Source: Isurus oxyrinchus
Lineage: Eukaryota
Assembly (NCBI GenBank): GCA_026770705.1
Contig: JANJGN010000041.1
Location: 1,798,001 to 1,862,000 of the forward strand
Length of the DNA: 64,000 nt
Reading direction: 5' to 3'
Notes under the pieces: generated by a model
The model's database searches: none
The model's input: the letters and a program-made list of their open reading frames with translations, nothing else
What the model was told of the DNA's origin: nothing
Made by a program: the position numbers and the translations under genes
In this document: in pieces, positions 1-12,244 of the stretch
Layout: the number at the start of each line of letters is the position of its first letter
Position numbering within the stretch: the stretch's first letter is position 1

Positions 1-569
1 GCACAGAAGCAGACTATTTGAACCGTCCTTTCCTTACTGTGTCTCTGCAGGAAGATGCAGGCGGCAGCCACTCTTCCAGCTTCTCCCTATTATCTGGGTC
101 ATTCGTTTTTCTCAGATTTAAAATTCAAAATCCTCTTGATCATTATTAGTTACCCACTCCAAACACCGGGTATAATGATTGGCCAGAACAACTGCCAGTT
201 AAAGCATCATTACATAGAAACCCACAACCGCTGTCATTGAATAAATAAACATTAAAAACAAGACAGATTCGGTCATGGCATGAGGGGCATAGCTGGCACG
301 AAGAGCAATTATTGTCAATCTTTAATTGCTCTTGCAGCAAATAATATGTGCTCCATCCTTCTGAGCAGCTGCAGTGCTTCTGATATCTTCGCCCTGGCTG
401 CTTAGGGCCTGAATTACTAATTTCCCAGACCACCGGCTCAGCTAGCACTCTTTTCTAAATGTTTAATCTGGCTTTTCGGCAACAGGACTTTCTATATATG
501 CACCCCGACTGTTCAGCTTCCAGTTTGTTCGGTTCCTGAAGGAACCTAAGTTCCACAAAGTAATGCCAC

Positions 570-1500
570 GACTCAACACTGTTTAGGTCCTTCATCAATG
601 ACCTCCTCTCCAGCTTAAGGTCGGAAATGGGGATGTTCGCTCATGATTCCACAATGTTCAACACAATTCATGATTCCTGAGATAATGAGGTTGTCCATTG
701 CCAGATGCAGCATGTTCAGGCTTCGGCTCACAAGTGGAAAATGACATTTACAGCATACAAGTACCAGGCAATGACTATCTCCAAAATAGAATATCGAACC
801 ATTGCCCGTCAACATTCAATGACATTACCATAGCCGAAAATCGTACTAGCAGCATTGTAGTGGATATCATTGACCAGAAACAACATAACTGGATTGGCCA
901 ATAAATACAACGTTTACAAATGCAGTTGAGATGCCAGGAATCCTGCAGCGAATAACACAAGTGCTGAAACCCCAATTCCTTTCCACCATTTACAAGACAG
1001 GAATTTCATGGTATACTCTCTACTTGCTGGGATGCATGCAGCTCCAATATTAGTCAAGAAGCATGATAGCATCTGGGATAAATCAGCCATTGATTGACAC
1101 CACATCAGTGAACGTTGACACTCTCCACCACTGATGAACAATGGCAGCAGTGCTTAATATCTGCAAGGTGCGCGGCAGGAATTCTGGAAATCAACTTGGA
1201 CCATTCAGTCCAAACCCACGAAGGATAATGGGCAGCAGCTTTATGCGAACACGACTATTTGGAAGTTCCCCTCCAAGCTACTCACCAGCTTGATTTGAAA
1301 TGATATCCCTGTCCCTTCCTTGTCATCGTGTCAAATTCCAGGAACTCCATCCCCAAGGGCACTATGCATGCAGAGTGGCCAGAGGGACTGCTGCGGTTCA
1401 AGAAGGCAGCTCCACACCACTTTCTCTAGGGTACTTATATCTGGGCATTAAACACTTGCGAACGACTGCCACCAACATCCTCTTAACGAATAATAATAAA
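570..1500 (+). mobile_element. Decayed non-LTR retrotransposon (CR1/L2-superclade LINE, here family B), RT C-terminus and 3' tail
   Basis: ttcatcaatgacctc (FINDL) and gggatgttcgctcatgat (GMFAxD, degenerate FADD motif), with many stops. Paralog at ~48730-49680. Confidence 0.75.
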
Positions 1501-2149
1501 ATATAATTGTCCCTCTGGCTGCACAGCTACTGCGCTTCCCATTTTTTCCAGTCTGTCAGCTCTGTTCTACTATAACCAAATCACTTTCCTAGCTAATACT
1601 TACTGCTTCTTATAAAACTAACCTCTTGCTATTTAGCTCCCGGACTTTTATAAATCTCTGCTCTGGGGGAAGAGTGCCTTTTACCTTCCAATCTGTGTTT
1701 TGATTATCTAAGGCACGCTTTTTTTTATCTCTGTTATGGGGGTGTAGCCCCTTTCTAATCTTTGCTTTTAATATCTCTCTCTAGCTCTTTTTAAATCGCT
1801 CCTCTGGCCACTCAGCTTCCGCTCTTTTTACATATCTGCCATAGTGCCTCAACTACTCCTCTTTTTAAAAAAATATCACCTGTTCGTGCACAGCTCCCAG
1901 CTCGCTCTAAATCTCTGCTCTCATTGTTCAGCTGCAGCAGTAAAAGAATAATTAAACCTGCCCTGACTGCCAAGTGTCTAGCCCGCAATTGGAGACTGTT
2001 GAGTTTAATTAAGAATGATCACTGGTTTGTAGCACCACCGTGTCTGAGGAAGTGGGCAAAATCTACAAAGGTTGAAAATAGTGAATTCTTCTGACGCACT
2101 TCCCACTGAAGATTTAACATATGGTCCAGCAAATTCGCTAGATGTATTC

Positions 2150-3580
2150 AAAAAAAAGACGATAGTTATTACAGTAAGGAGGGAGTTTGTGAAAATCATC
2201 GGAAGTGCCTATGTCTTTCCAAATGATGATGAGAACGAAATTTTCAGCAGATCTAAAAGCACTGGAAATGTTAAACGGAGAAAGGGTTGAAACAAATTCC
2301 CTGGTTTACACGAAAAATCGCTGATGAAACCTTTTCATTCTGCTGCAAATTATACGTCATAGAAACCACATGCAGATTATGCAAGGAATGCGGCAGTGTC
2401 TGGAAGCATCTCAGTGATAGATTGCAATGTCATCGAATTATCTAAGGACAATATTCAAAGCGCAACAAAATGAATTGAATGAAAGCGAATGATCCCAGAA
2501 ATGGAGGTACTGGATGTGGAAGCACAGAGATATATAAACAAGGTGAGGATTAATGACAAACAACGTTGACAGGCATTATTGCAGCCGTTCAGTTCTAGAT
2601 GAGCAGAAAACAAAGTTTTTTCGGACACCTGCAAGGCTTTTTGAGCACACCATTGAATCATTTCTGGGAATAATTTCCATTGGAGCTAACTTCGACCCTC
2701 TGATGCATGGATATGCCCCATGCAGCATAAAGTAAATATACTCCTGACCATTTTCTTGGAACTCGTATTCAAAATGAGCTAATTTCGATGATGACATTGC
2801 AGGTGAAGAAATTGAACTTTATTGTAAACGTGAAGGCTGCAATACACCTTGTGCTTCTTCTTGTCATTACCCCTGGTCTGACTGATGAAGATCAGTTATT
2901 CCTTGTGCTTCGTTAGCTTGATCTGTTTTCTGAAGATGTGAATCGAAGGGAGGATTTGATTCATTCTCTGATGATTCAAAACAAAATTTAGTAAGGCCTT
3001 TCCGTTTCTCTCAATGATGTGCCAAATAGGCTTGGCCTTCGCATCACTGTGAGAGGCAGGGACTCAACAATCTGGTAAATATTAAGGATCAGAAACGAGG
3101 CGTACAGGCCTGCCCACTTCAACACAACCGTTGAAGCTTTTTAACCCCATGAGGCTGCCACAACTTATCTCTGGTATTGGAAGAAACAGCAAACTGTAGT
3201 TCTAAACAATGAAATTGTTTTGGAGTTGTGCAGGGAAATTAAAGAATTATTACAGTTTGAAACAACAAATGACATATATTGAGAGCGGAAGCTTCCTGGA
3301 TAATGTTAAAGTCATTGTCAGACTGTTGGTGGAATGTCTAGTATAGAGTGGAAATGCAATATGTTACCAAACAGCTGATATCAGGAAGGCATTGATTACA
3401 GTTACTGAAGAATGTGGCAACTCAGCGTTAAAATAGAGACTTAGTCCATGATCAACTACGAAGTTAAAGGTTTCGAATTTTGCTTGGCAATGGTTGAGTG
3501 GCACAACAGCATATTCGCCAGAAGCATCGTGACCCAGAATATTTAATACTTCGATATGCAGCTTTGTGGGGCTTTAGCAT
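2150..3580 (+). mobile_element. hAT-superfamily (ZMYM1/Tip100-like) transposase relic
   Basis: ORF fragment FLGIISIGANFDPLM and upstream IIAAVQF resemble the GNFLGLLELLAKFDP / IIAVVKFL blocks of ZMYM1-like hAT transposases. Frameshifted; no TIRs identified. Confidence 0.6.
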
Positions 3581-3619
3581 TTCAGAGGGATGGCGAAAAT
3601 GAAAAGCAGTCTCCGTAGT

Positions 3620-5040
3620 ACTCGTAATAAGCTAAGATATTATTTGTAATAGCGGACCTTTCATTAAATGCTGATGGGCCAATTTGTGAGGAGTTGGGAA
3701 ACATCAAGGGGATCAAAGACTTGTGGGAGTTGTGAATAGCCCAGCAAACCACAGTGCTAAATTGTGGCGTGGTATACATCAGGAAATTCGTGCTGAATGT
3801 AACATGGTTAAAGCAGGAAAATTAGAAACTTCAGTTTGCAACATGACCATCGTTAAGCAAATCAGCACTAATAGCATGCAAGAGGAATTCATTGAATGTA
3901 TCCTAGCTTGGTTTCAGAACTAGTAAGTTGAGGAGCCAACTAGGAATCGAGCTAGACAGGATTTAGTGCTCGATCATGCGAAAGACTCAAAGCATTTCAG
4001 TGCTCTCAATTAATCTTTGGGAAATAGTCACAATAAAGTGATTGAGTTTTGCAATAAGTATGACAGCGATATGCTGAATCCTGAAACTTGGTGGTTAAAT
4101 CTGAATAAAGAAAATTCTGAATGTAAGAGAGGCAAGTTGTCTATAATAGATTTCGAAAGTAAAGGAAAAGGTTTGTTAGTGGGCAGGGAATGGCGAGTAT
4201 TTAAGGAAATAATGCACTGTCTACATCAAACAAGCATTCATCGAAAGCTCAACACAGAGACAGAAAGAAAACTCAACCGAAGTTTCCAAATGAAGTTAGA
4301 TATCGCGCTTCATGAAATGAAATGATTTATCATGGCGCAAGAGAAAAAGTGGTAAATCTGAGGTTTGGGAGAACTTTAGAACCCAGAAAGTGAGGACCAA
4401 GAAACTGATTTATAAATGGGAAGAGAATGTAACGCAATCCAGCGAGGAACATAAAGCGCAAGTCTCGGAACTTTACATGTAGGTAGGGGAATATTTATCA
4501 TGGAGAACAGGGAAACATCATGGTAACGAAACAATAACTTTTCGCCTGTCGTCACAGAAGAACTTATGGAATATTTCCAAGATAAGCTAGGCAACCAAAT
4601 GAGTTGTGAAACAGGGAAGCGAAAAAGAATAAATAATTTTACAGGAAACGGTAGTGCTTGACATGTGAACTGGATTGAAGGTTAAATAATTTGCTGGACT
4701 AGAATTGCTTCATCTCAAGAGTGCTGAAGGAGGAGGCTGAAGAAACAATGGTTGCATTGTTTGTTTTGTTTCAAAATTCTTTAGTTTCTGCAAAGCCTCC
4801 AGCGAATTTTAAAATATCAGATGTTGCATCACAATTGAAGAATGTAATAAGATGGTCGAGGGAGAACTGCAGACATGTTAGTTTGACATAAGAATTCTGG
4901 GAAAAGTTATTAGTACGGAGGTGATAACTGGGTATGTAGTAAAGAATGATAACATTGCACAATCTGATCAAGGATATATGGAAGGGAAATCATGTGAGAA
5001 AAACAATTAAGCAACTCACTGCATAAAGAGACTCCACACA
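3620..5040 (+). mobile_element. CR1 LINE ORF2 fragment (endonuclease to early RT), decayed
   Basis: GVVNSPAN (GVVYRPPN), EEFIECI..VEEPTR..DLVL, LGNSHNKVIEF, and the NCRHVSLT motif near 4865. Confidence 0.8.
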
Positions 5041-5966
5041 TATCCAGATTTTCAATGCTGCGAGGGCCCAGCATATCAGTGGAAAATGTAAAGCTAAAGC
5101 ATTCTCAACGGTACCGAATGGATGAGGCAACTTGGCCTCCTCCGTAGGTTCCCAAAATTACAGATGTTAGTCTTCAGTCAAGTTTATTCACACTCTGAGA
5201 TATCAGGAAGTCGCTGAACCTCTGGATACTGCAGGACGGTGGGCACGAGAATATTTCGGCAATTGTACTGAATGCTTGTGCACTCGATAGTGCCCTATGA
5301 CATAGCCATGCTGCTCCAGTACAGATTCAACACTGGCATCTACTCAAATATCAGAAAAATCGCCCAGGTACGAGGTACAGAAAAATGCAGCACAAGCCCA
5401 ACCTGTTCATTAACAGTCGCGTGAGCCTCCATTTGATAATCAGGAAAGTAATGGAAGAACACCTGCAGTCTGTCCGCAAGAATGACCCAAACCTCCCTGT
5501 CGCTTGCCATTTTAACACTCCACCCTGCTCTCTTGCCCACATGTCTGTCCTTGGCTTGCTGCATTGTTCCAGTGAAGCCCAACGCAAACTGGAGGAACAG
5601 CACCTCATCTTCCGACTAGGCACCTTACAGCCTTCCGGACTGAATATTGAATTCAACAACTTTAGTTCGTGAGCTCCCTTCCCCATCCCCGCCCCCTTTT
5701 TGTTTCCCCCTTCCCTTTTTTTTTCAATAAATTATAAAGATTTTCCTTTTTCCACCTATTTCCATTATTTAAAATTAAAACACCCCCACTAGAGATATAC
5801 CTTGAGTGCCCTACCATCCATTATTAATTAGCACATTCGTTTAGATAATATCACCAACTTTAACTTTAACACCTATTTGTTCTTTTGTACTATTGTTGTT
5901 GACATCTTTTGATGATCTGCTTCTATCACTGCTTGTTTGTCCCTACAACCACACCCTTCCCCCTCC

Positions 5967-5968
<2 letters not shown>

Positions 5969-5998
<30 letters not shown>
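5969..5998. repeat. (CT)n microsatellite inside the Penelope 3' region
   Basis: Direct read. Confidence 0.95.
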
Positions 5999-6001
<3 letters not shown>

Positions 6002-6061
6002 CCGCCCACACACACAGCTTAAATCAGCTTATATTTCAACTCTTTCTGGGACTCGAACTCA

Positions 6062-6100
6062 AGTTCTGTCGAAGGGTCATGAGGACTCGAAACGTCAACT
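6062..6100 (+). ncRNA. Minimal type-I hammerhead-like motif (variant core CUGUCGA) in the Penelope 3' repeat
   Basis: agtt-CTGTCGA-a-gggtc-atgag-gactc-GAAA-C-GTC-aact: helix I agtt/aact, helix II gggtc/gactc, GUC triplet. A6 position is U. Confidence 0.55.
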
Positions 6101-8779
6101 CTTTTCTTTCTTCGCCGATGCTGCCAGACCTGCTGAGTTTTTCCAGGTAATTCTGTTTTTGTTTTGCTTTGGATTTCCAGCATCCACAGTTTTTTTTGTT
6201 TTTATAAGTAATGGAAGGGTTCATCAAGCGGCATCTGATCAGCAGTACTCTGCTCATGGAGGCTCAGTCTGGTTCCAAAAGATTCAGTCTGTTCCTAATA
6301 GCATCACCGCCATGGTCAAAATATGAGGTAACAGCTTGACTCCAGATGTGACGTGATAGTGACCACACCTGATATCAAGGGAGCATATGATCACGTGTGG
6401 CATCAAGGCGCCCTCAAATAAACTGAGTCAACGTGAATTAATGGGAAAACTCTTCGTTAGATGGAGTCATATCTGGCACAAATGAATATTGTTCTGGTAG
6501 TTGCAGAAGATTCATCTCAGTTCAAGGATGTCACTGCAGGAGATGCTGAGGATTTTGGCTAGTCCTCAGTACCATCAGCTGCTCCATCTATCACCATTCT
6601 TCCAACATAAGCTCATAATTGGTGATTTTCGATTATGATTGCACAATGGACAGTGTATTTGCAATGCCCCAAATACTGACCCGTCCATGCCCAAATACTG
6701 GAATGCTTGGATATTATCCAGGCTTATGGAGAGAAGAGGCAAGTAACGTTCATGACACATAAGTACTTAGCATTTTTATCTCAAAAAAATAAACTAACCA
6801 TCGTCGCTTGGCATAAGTAATATTATAATTTCCGAAACCACCGCTACCATCATCCTAGGAACAACTGTTGATCAGTAATTGAACTGGCCAAACCATACAA
6901 ATACTGTGGCTACAAGAGCAGGCCAGTGGATAGGGAATCTGCCGCGAGCAGATCACGATCTGACTCCCCACTGCTGGGCCACCACCTACAATACACAACT
7001 CAGGAGATCCCGGAACAATGCTGCTCCAACAGCCCTCAGCATCCTCAAAACCATCCATGACAAAGTTGGATTGGCAGCCCTTCAAAAAGCGCGCACTCCC
7101 TCCACCAGCAACGAACAATGATGGCAGTGTGCACCAGCTGCAATATTTTCCTCAGGAGTACAGACCTCTGCCTTAGACAGTACATCGTAAATCCAGAACA
7201 GCTGCCATCTAGATGGACAAGAACAGCAGGCACATAGGAAAACCAGCACTTGCAGGTTTTCCTCCCCGCTACTCACCATCCTAGCTTGGGAAGATCCGCG
7301 TTCCTTCATTGTCGCTGGGTCAGACCCTGGAGCTACCACCTTTTACTGAACTGGTGGTTTATCTGCAACAAACGGACAACCAAGGCTCAAGCATTGTATT
7401 CCCCACCACCTTGACAAGTGTGATTAGGACGGGCAGTCAATGGCTGCCTAGAACAGCGATACTAACATTCCGTAAATTATAAAGAAGAATGTAGACATGT
7501 TAACAAGTTGAGAATTTTTCCAACTTTTCGTCACTATGTGGCATTCTGTTCATAAACAATGACTGCAATGATATTGAATTTATTCAACGTAGATGTAGAA
7601 AGATTTTTTGGTACAGCAGGGAGTTATGGGTTTTGGACCATGTCGGAAGTTCGAGTACAGAGGGCTTGCAGGTCCGTTCTGACCTTAGTGAATAGTGGAG
7701 CAGGATAGGAGTGTCGATTGATCTGCTTCAGACGCTCAGCGCTATATTCAAATCTTAACTTTTCCCTAATTGTAAACAACAAACATACATATTTACTCCT
7801 GTGCTCCAATCCTCTTACAAATAAAGCTAACGTGTCATCTGCCCTCTTAAGCGATTTCTTTACACACAAGCCCTCGTGTTTCAAAGTTTTTAAATATTAT
7901 ACTCTGCTTTAATAATATTAGTGTCGAAGTCAGTGAATTCACACTTCGACACATGACACTTCATGTAACATCATATTGACAGCTCAATTCATCATTCTAT
8001 ATCTCTCTGCAACCTTTCTGATCTCCCCCTCAGCTAATCTTTCTCCTTAGGTCTATATGATCAGCAGGGTTTGATACATAATTCTTTGTCCCTACTCTCG
8101 AGTCATTAAGATTGATTTTTGGAGCCATTCAGCAACTTTCAGCCTTTTAAATAGGAACAAGATAATGCCATTCTCAGCGTCAGGCATTTTAGAATAGGTC
8201 TACAATGCCTCGAGCCAGTTCTACAGAAATAGAAGAAGGCAATTTTGTCCTTCTTTTGTTTTTTGTGCAGACGAGGTGGGGGAGGGATTCAGACTCTGCC
8301 AATCCTATTACACAGGGAACGGGGGTAACACAATTAATTCTATTTTCTACCCTGTAACACAGGAGCTGGGGGATGTCATTTAGCACCCACAGCCTGTTGC
8401 CGTGGAACTCTGCGGGGGAATGACTGTACAGGAGCAATAAACACGTCATTGGAATGCTCCACACAAGCCCTAATGGAGGACACAAATTTGAAAAAAAAAT
8501 GCTCCTCTTGTAGAATTGCATATGCAGCGGAATATCAATGTTAAAGATTTCTTTGTTGTTGATGGTTTTCATGATATGACAGTAACCAAGTGGAAGCTGT
8601 ACTGTATGTTTCTGGCGTATGCGACCCTGAGGAATGGGGCATACATGTTGGTGAATTGAAGTTGGCAGATGATAACAAGTGTTTCAGTTAGCTCTCCCCG
8701 ACATCGGTTTGTGTACCTCCTATTTATGACAAGATTTAAAAAAAGAAATGTTGGGCGTTTATGGTCAAGGAACGGATAA

Positions 8780-8978
8780 NNNNNNNNNNNNNNNNNNNNN
8801 NNNNNNNNNNNNNNNNNNNNNNNNNNNNNNNNNNNNNNNNNNNNNNNNNNNNNNNNNNNNNNNNNNNNNNNNNNNNNNNNNNNNNNNNNNNNNNNNNNNN
8901 NNNNNNNNNNNNNNNNNNNNNNNNNNNNNNNNNNNNNNNNNNNNNNNNNNNNNNNNNNNNNNNNNNNNNNNNNNNNNN
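8780..8978. other. Assembly gap (N run)
   Basis: Direct read. Confidence 1.
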
Positions 8979-8979
8979 A

Positions 8980-11030
8980 CAATATGATTGAAAGTGTCCT
9001 CCACTTTCAAGTGGGGAAGAGTGTGCCTGAGTCAAGTGTTTAAGTGTAAAGATGGACATCTATTTGGGCATGCAAGCTAGAGTGAGCTGATGCGAATGTG
9101 AATATTAGGCTTGGTGAGAGGTCAAAGGAGCAGCAGTGGCTGGCAGTTAATGAGGCATTTCAGAAGACTCAGAGTACGTATATCTCTGCAGTAAAGAAAG
9201 ATTCTTAATGGAGGACCCACCATCCACGGATAACTAAAAAAGTTAGTGAAAGCAGCGAGGTAATGGAAAACAGAATAAACCGTGCAAAGTTTGTTGCCAG
9301 GTCAGGTTATTGGCCAGTTTAATAGTAACATCAAGGAATGGACTAAATGGTTACCGGGAATAAGAAATTAGAGTCTGAGGTGAAAAAAAAACCTAGAAAT
9401 GTAAAACGTATAGAAACAGTTTCATCAGAGTTTTTTCGAAAGGAGAAGAGGCAGTAAAGGGAGTGATATTCCCTTTCTGCATTAAAAAGAGAGTCAATAT
9501 TAGCTAATAAGGGAATGGGGAAATAAATGAAGGCATATTTTGCTGCTGTATTCAGCACACAAGTAACACAAATGTTCCACTAATTGCTGGAAAGCAAGAC
9601 AGGAAAGGAAGAGGTATCTTGGTGAAATCACAATCACTAGGAAAGAGGTCCTAAACAAACTGATGGAGCTGCAGGCAGACACGTCTCAGGGACCTCTGGA
9701 CCATCATCCTAGGATCTTAAAAGAGGTGGCTAATGAAATGTTAGATGCGTTTTTGTTGAAATTCCAATTTTAACAATTTTCGGGAAACATTCCATTCCAA
9801 TGGGAGCACGAAAAGAACCTCACAATTCAACAAGGACGGGATATGGATACAAGACACTATGGGCCAGTTAGCTTTACATCTGCCATGGGGACGGTGCTAG
9901 AAATGATCAGGCAGGAGTTTATAGCTGTGCATTTAGAGATAATCAAGATAATTGGGAACATTATCCATGGTATTCTGAAAGGGACGTCTTGTTTAACCAT
10001 TATTTGCCGTTGTTTGAATTATAGACATGCATTGTGGATAAAGGGCTGATTTTGTATGTGCTGTATTTCGGACTCTCGGAAGGCATTTGATAAGATGCCA
10101 CATCAAAGTTTAGTTTAGATGAAAAATGTTCATGACCAAAGGGTTAACTTATTAGCATTGATAGAAGATTGGGTAGCCAGCAGATAAGAGATACGATGGA
10201 GCATAATCTGGGATAATGCGAAGTTGTCACTTTGGCACAGACAATGAAAATAAAACTGGGTAATAATTAAACTGAGAAAGGCTGCAGGATTCCGAACTGC
10301 AGGAGAATCAAGCTGGTCAAGTACATGAGTTGGAGAAAGTGGCCATGCAGGGAGAGCATGTAGTTCAGAATGAAATACTATGCTTTTTTTTTTGTGATGG
10401 GAATTGAAATTAAAAATAAGGATGCTCTGCTTCACTTAAGCAGATCATTGCTGAAATCTAGAATTTTGTGCGTCGTTTTGATTGCCCTGTTTATGCAAGG
10501 ATGTGGATGCCTGGGGGCGCTTCAGAGAACGCTCACTAGGTTGTCACCTGGAATGAATGGAATGTGTTGTGAGGAAACTTTAAGAAGATCGGACTTGCCT
10601 GCACAGCATTTTACAGGAGGGGGGGAAATAATTGAATTCTATGCAAAGCTGAAAGCTTTGTCGAAGGCTGTGGGAATCCATCGTTGATGTTTTGGTTGAG
10701 CAGCGAATTAGGAGTCATTTTTTTTTAATTGCTTTGCCCTTGTAGCACACAGTTTTTCTATTTGTTTGTGTGCGTTTTTGCTTGTTTCTCCTCGAGGTTA
10801 TTCTGACGTTTGAACTCTCTGCATTGGAAGGCCGAGGAGGCCCGATCACTGAATATTGTTAAGATGGAGGCCAATATATTTTAGCCAGGAAGATTAATCA
10901 AAGTTTATAGGGTTGGTTGGGATTTTGGTACTTGAAAAAATCAGATTCTCCATGAACTTAATGAAAGGAGGAGAAGGCTCGATGTTCCAAATAGCCTATG
11001 TCTGCTCAAATCTTCTGTGTTTGTATGTTC
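8980..11030 (+). mobile_element. CR1 LINE ORF2 RT region and 3' tail, decayed
   Basis: HPRILKEVA, YGPVSFTS, HGILKGTSCLT, DSRKAFDKMPH, and a CR1-type tail ending ...gcctatgtctgctc..tcttctgtgtttgtatgt. Paralog at ~58770-60950. Confidence 0.85.
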
Positions 11031-11899
11031 GTAATCGTGACAACATGGACCAATTTGATCAAAACAATATAAACTTAAAATTTAAGTTCTTAGCAGAGCG
11101 GTAGAGTTCAGAGTGCACAAAGGCGATGGATGAATGAGGTTTCGTGAGATTTTGACATTAGGCAGCAGAGTTCGAGATGCACTTTGATCGTACAGATTTG
11201 TAACTGGGTGTTGCCAGGAAAATAATTAGTAAAGTTGAGCCTGGATTTCTCAAAAGGACAGGTGAGACCTTGAGCAGCAGATGATCTGGAGTACATGTTC
11301 TGATATAATGTTGGGGATCGAGTGATAAGCTTTGGTTGAGTGTGATGATATGGAGGCGCTTGTCATTTAGTGTCAAGTAGATGGCAAAGGTTCTGCACTG
11401 TTTGTTTCAGCATCAGATATTGGCCAGACACTGGTCCAGGAACGCATATTGATTAGAAATTAGGAAAAAGTCCGCCATCTTCACATTCTTGAGCATCGCC
11501 CATGTTAATGCCATGAATCATGGATTTTAGGCATAACATCTGGATATAATGATTTAACAGGAAGTCCGCCAAAGCAATGATAGGAGAATGAGTTAACAAA
11601 ATCATCAGTAAGTTAAGAATGGGTTGCCGAGTTAATAACTGGACGCCGAGATTCAAAAAATAAATACAAAGCAGGGCACATTAAATAGCTAGAATAGCAG
11701 CGTCAAACATCGCCCATAGAAATACTCACTGAGTAGAGTATCTTATTGGGGCACAAACAGTAGCCACGATAACTAAGAAATATATTAAAACACTGGTCCG
11801 AAATGGGTCAGTTCGGCTTAGTTATCCACTAATCATTTGCAGAAATAACGTTGAAACTGTAAGATAATCCACTGCCCCTTGTTTGTACATTCCATTCTA

Positions 11900-12085
11900 T
11901 TGTTCCTACATCGACTGCATTGTGGTAACATTCGAAACAATTGATCTCAGATGCATATTCAGTTTTGCAATATTCAGTTCGTTTATTCTCAGATTCAAAT
12001 GCATTCTGGAACATTTAATTCTGTTGTTCTCAGATTCAAAATGCATTGTTGTACCATCCTAATCTATTGTTCTGAGATTCAGAAC
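11900..12085. repeat. Degenerate ~40-bp minisatellite (4-5 units)
   Basis: Recurrent ttctcagattcaaatgcatt..aacatt..atctattg. Paralog at ~61800-61960. Confidence 0.75.
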
Positions 12086-12172
12086 TGTGTAGGCAAACTG
12101 GGTAAATGTTGCTCGAAAATGGAAATCCAACGGCAAAGTGGAGTCTCATTGACTGCCGCAGCGCCAGGCCTG

Positions 12173-12244
12173 TTTTCTTTAGTATAGTGGTGAATATCCC
12201 CACCTTCCACACGGGACATCGGGGTTCCATTTACCAATGGGGAG
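12173..12244 (+). pseudogene. tRNA-Asp(GTC) pseudogene (heavily decayed; anticodon loop mutated)
   Basis: 72 nt, collinear with vertebrate tRNA-Asp: agtatagtggtgaatatcccc..cac.cggga..cggggtt...ggggag. Confidence 0.8.

Larger units (their letters stand above)
5458..6205 (+). mobile_element. 5'-truncated Penelope-like element (GIY-YIG C-terminus plus 3' region) with 12-bp target-site duplication
   Basis: Intact peptide HLQSVRKNDPNLPVACHFN...EEQHLIFRLGTLQPSGLNIEFNNF. It is flanked by aagtaatggaag at 5446-5457 and 6206-6217, and the empty site is present in the paralog near 54140. Confidence 0.9.
5040..7490 (+). mobile_element. Family B LINE ORF2 (RT) fragment with 3' tail, interrupted by a Penelope-like insertion
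   Basis: IIRKVMEG, AQSGF, DIKGAYDHVWHQG, DVTAG motifs. The uninterrupted paralog is at ~53700-55420. Confidence 0.8.
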
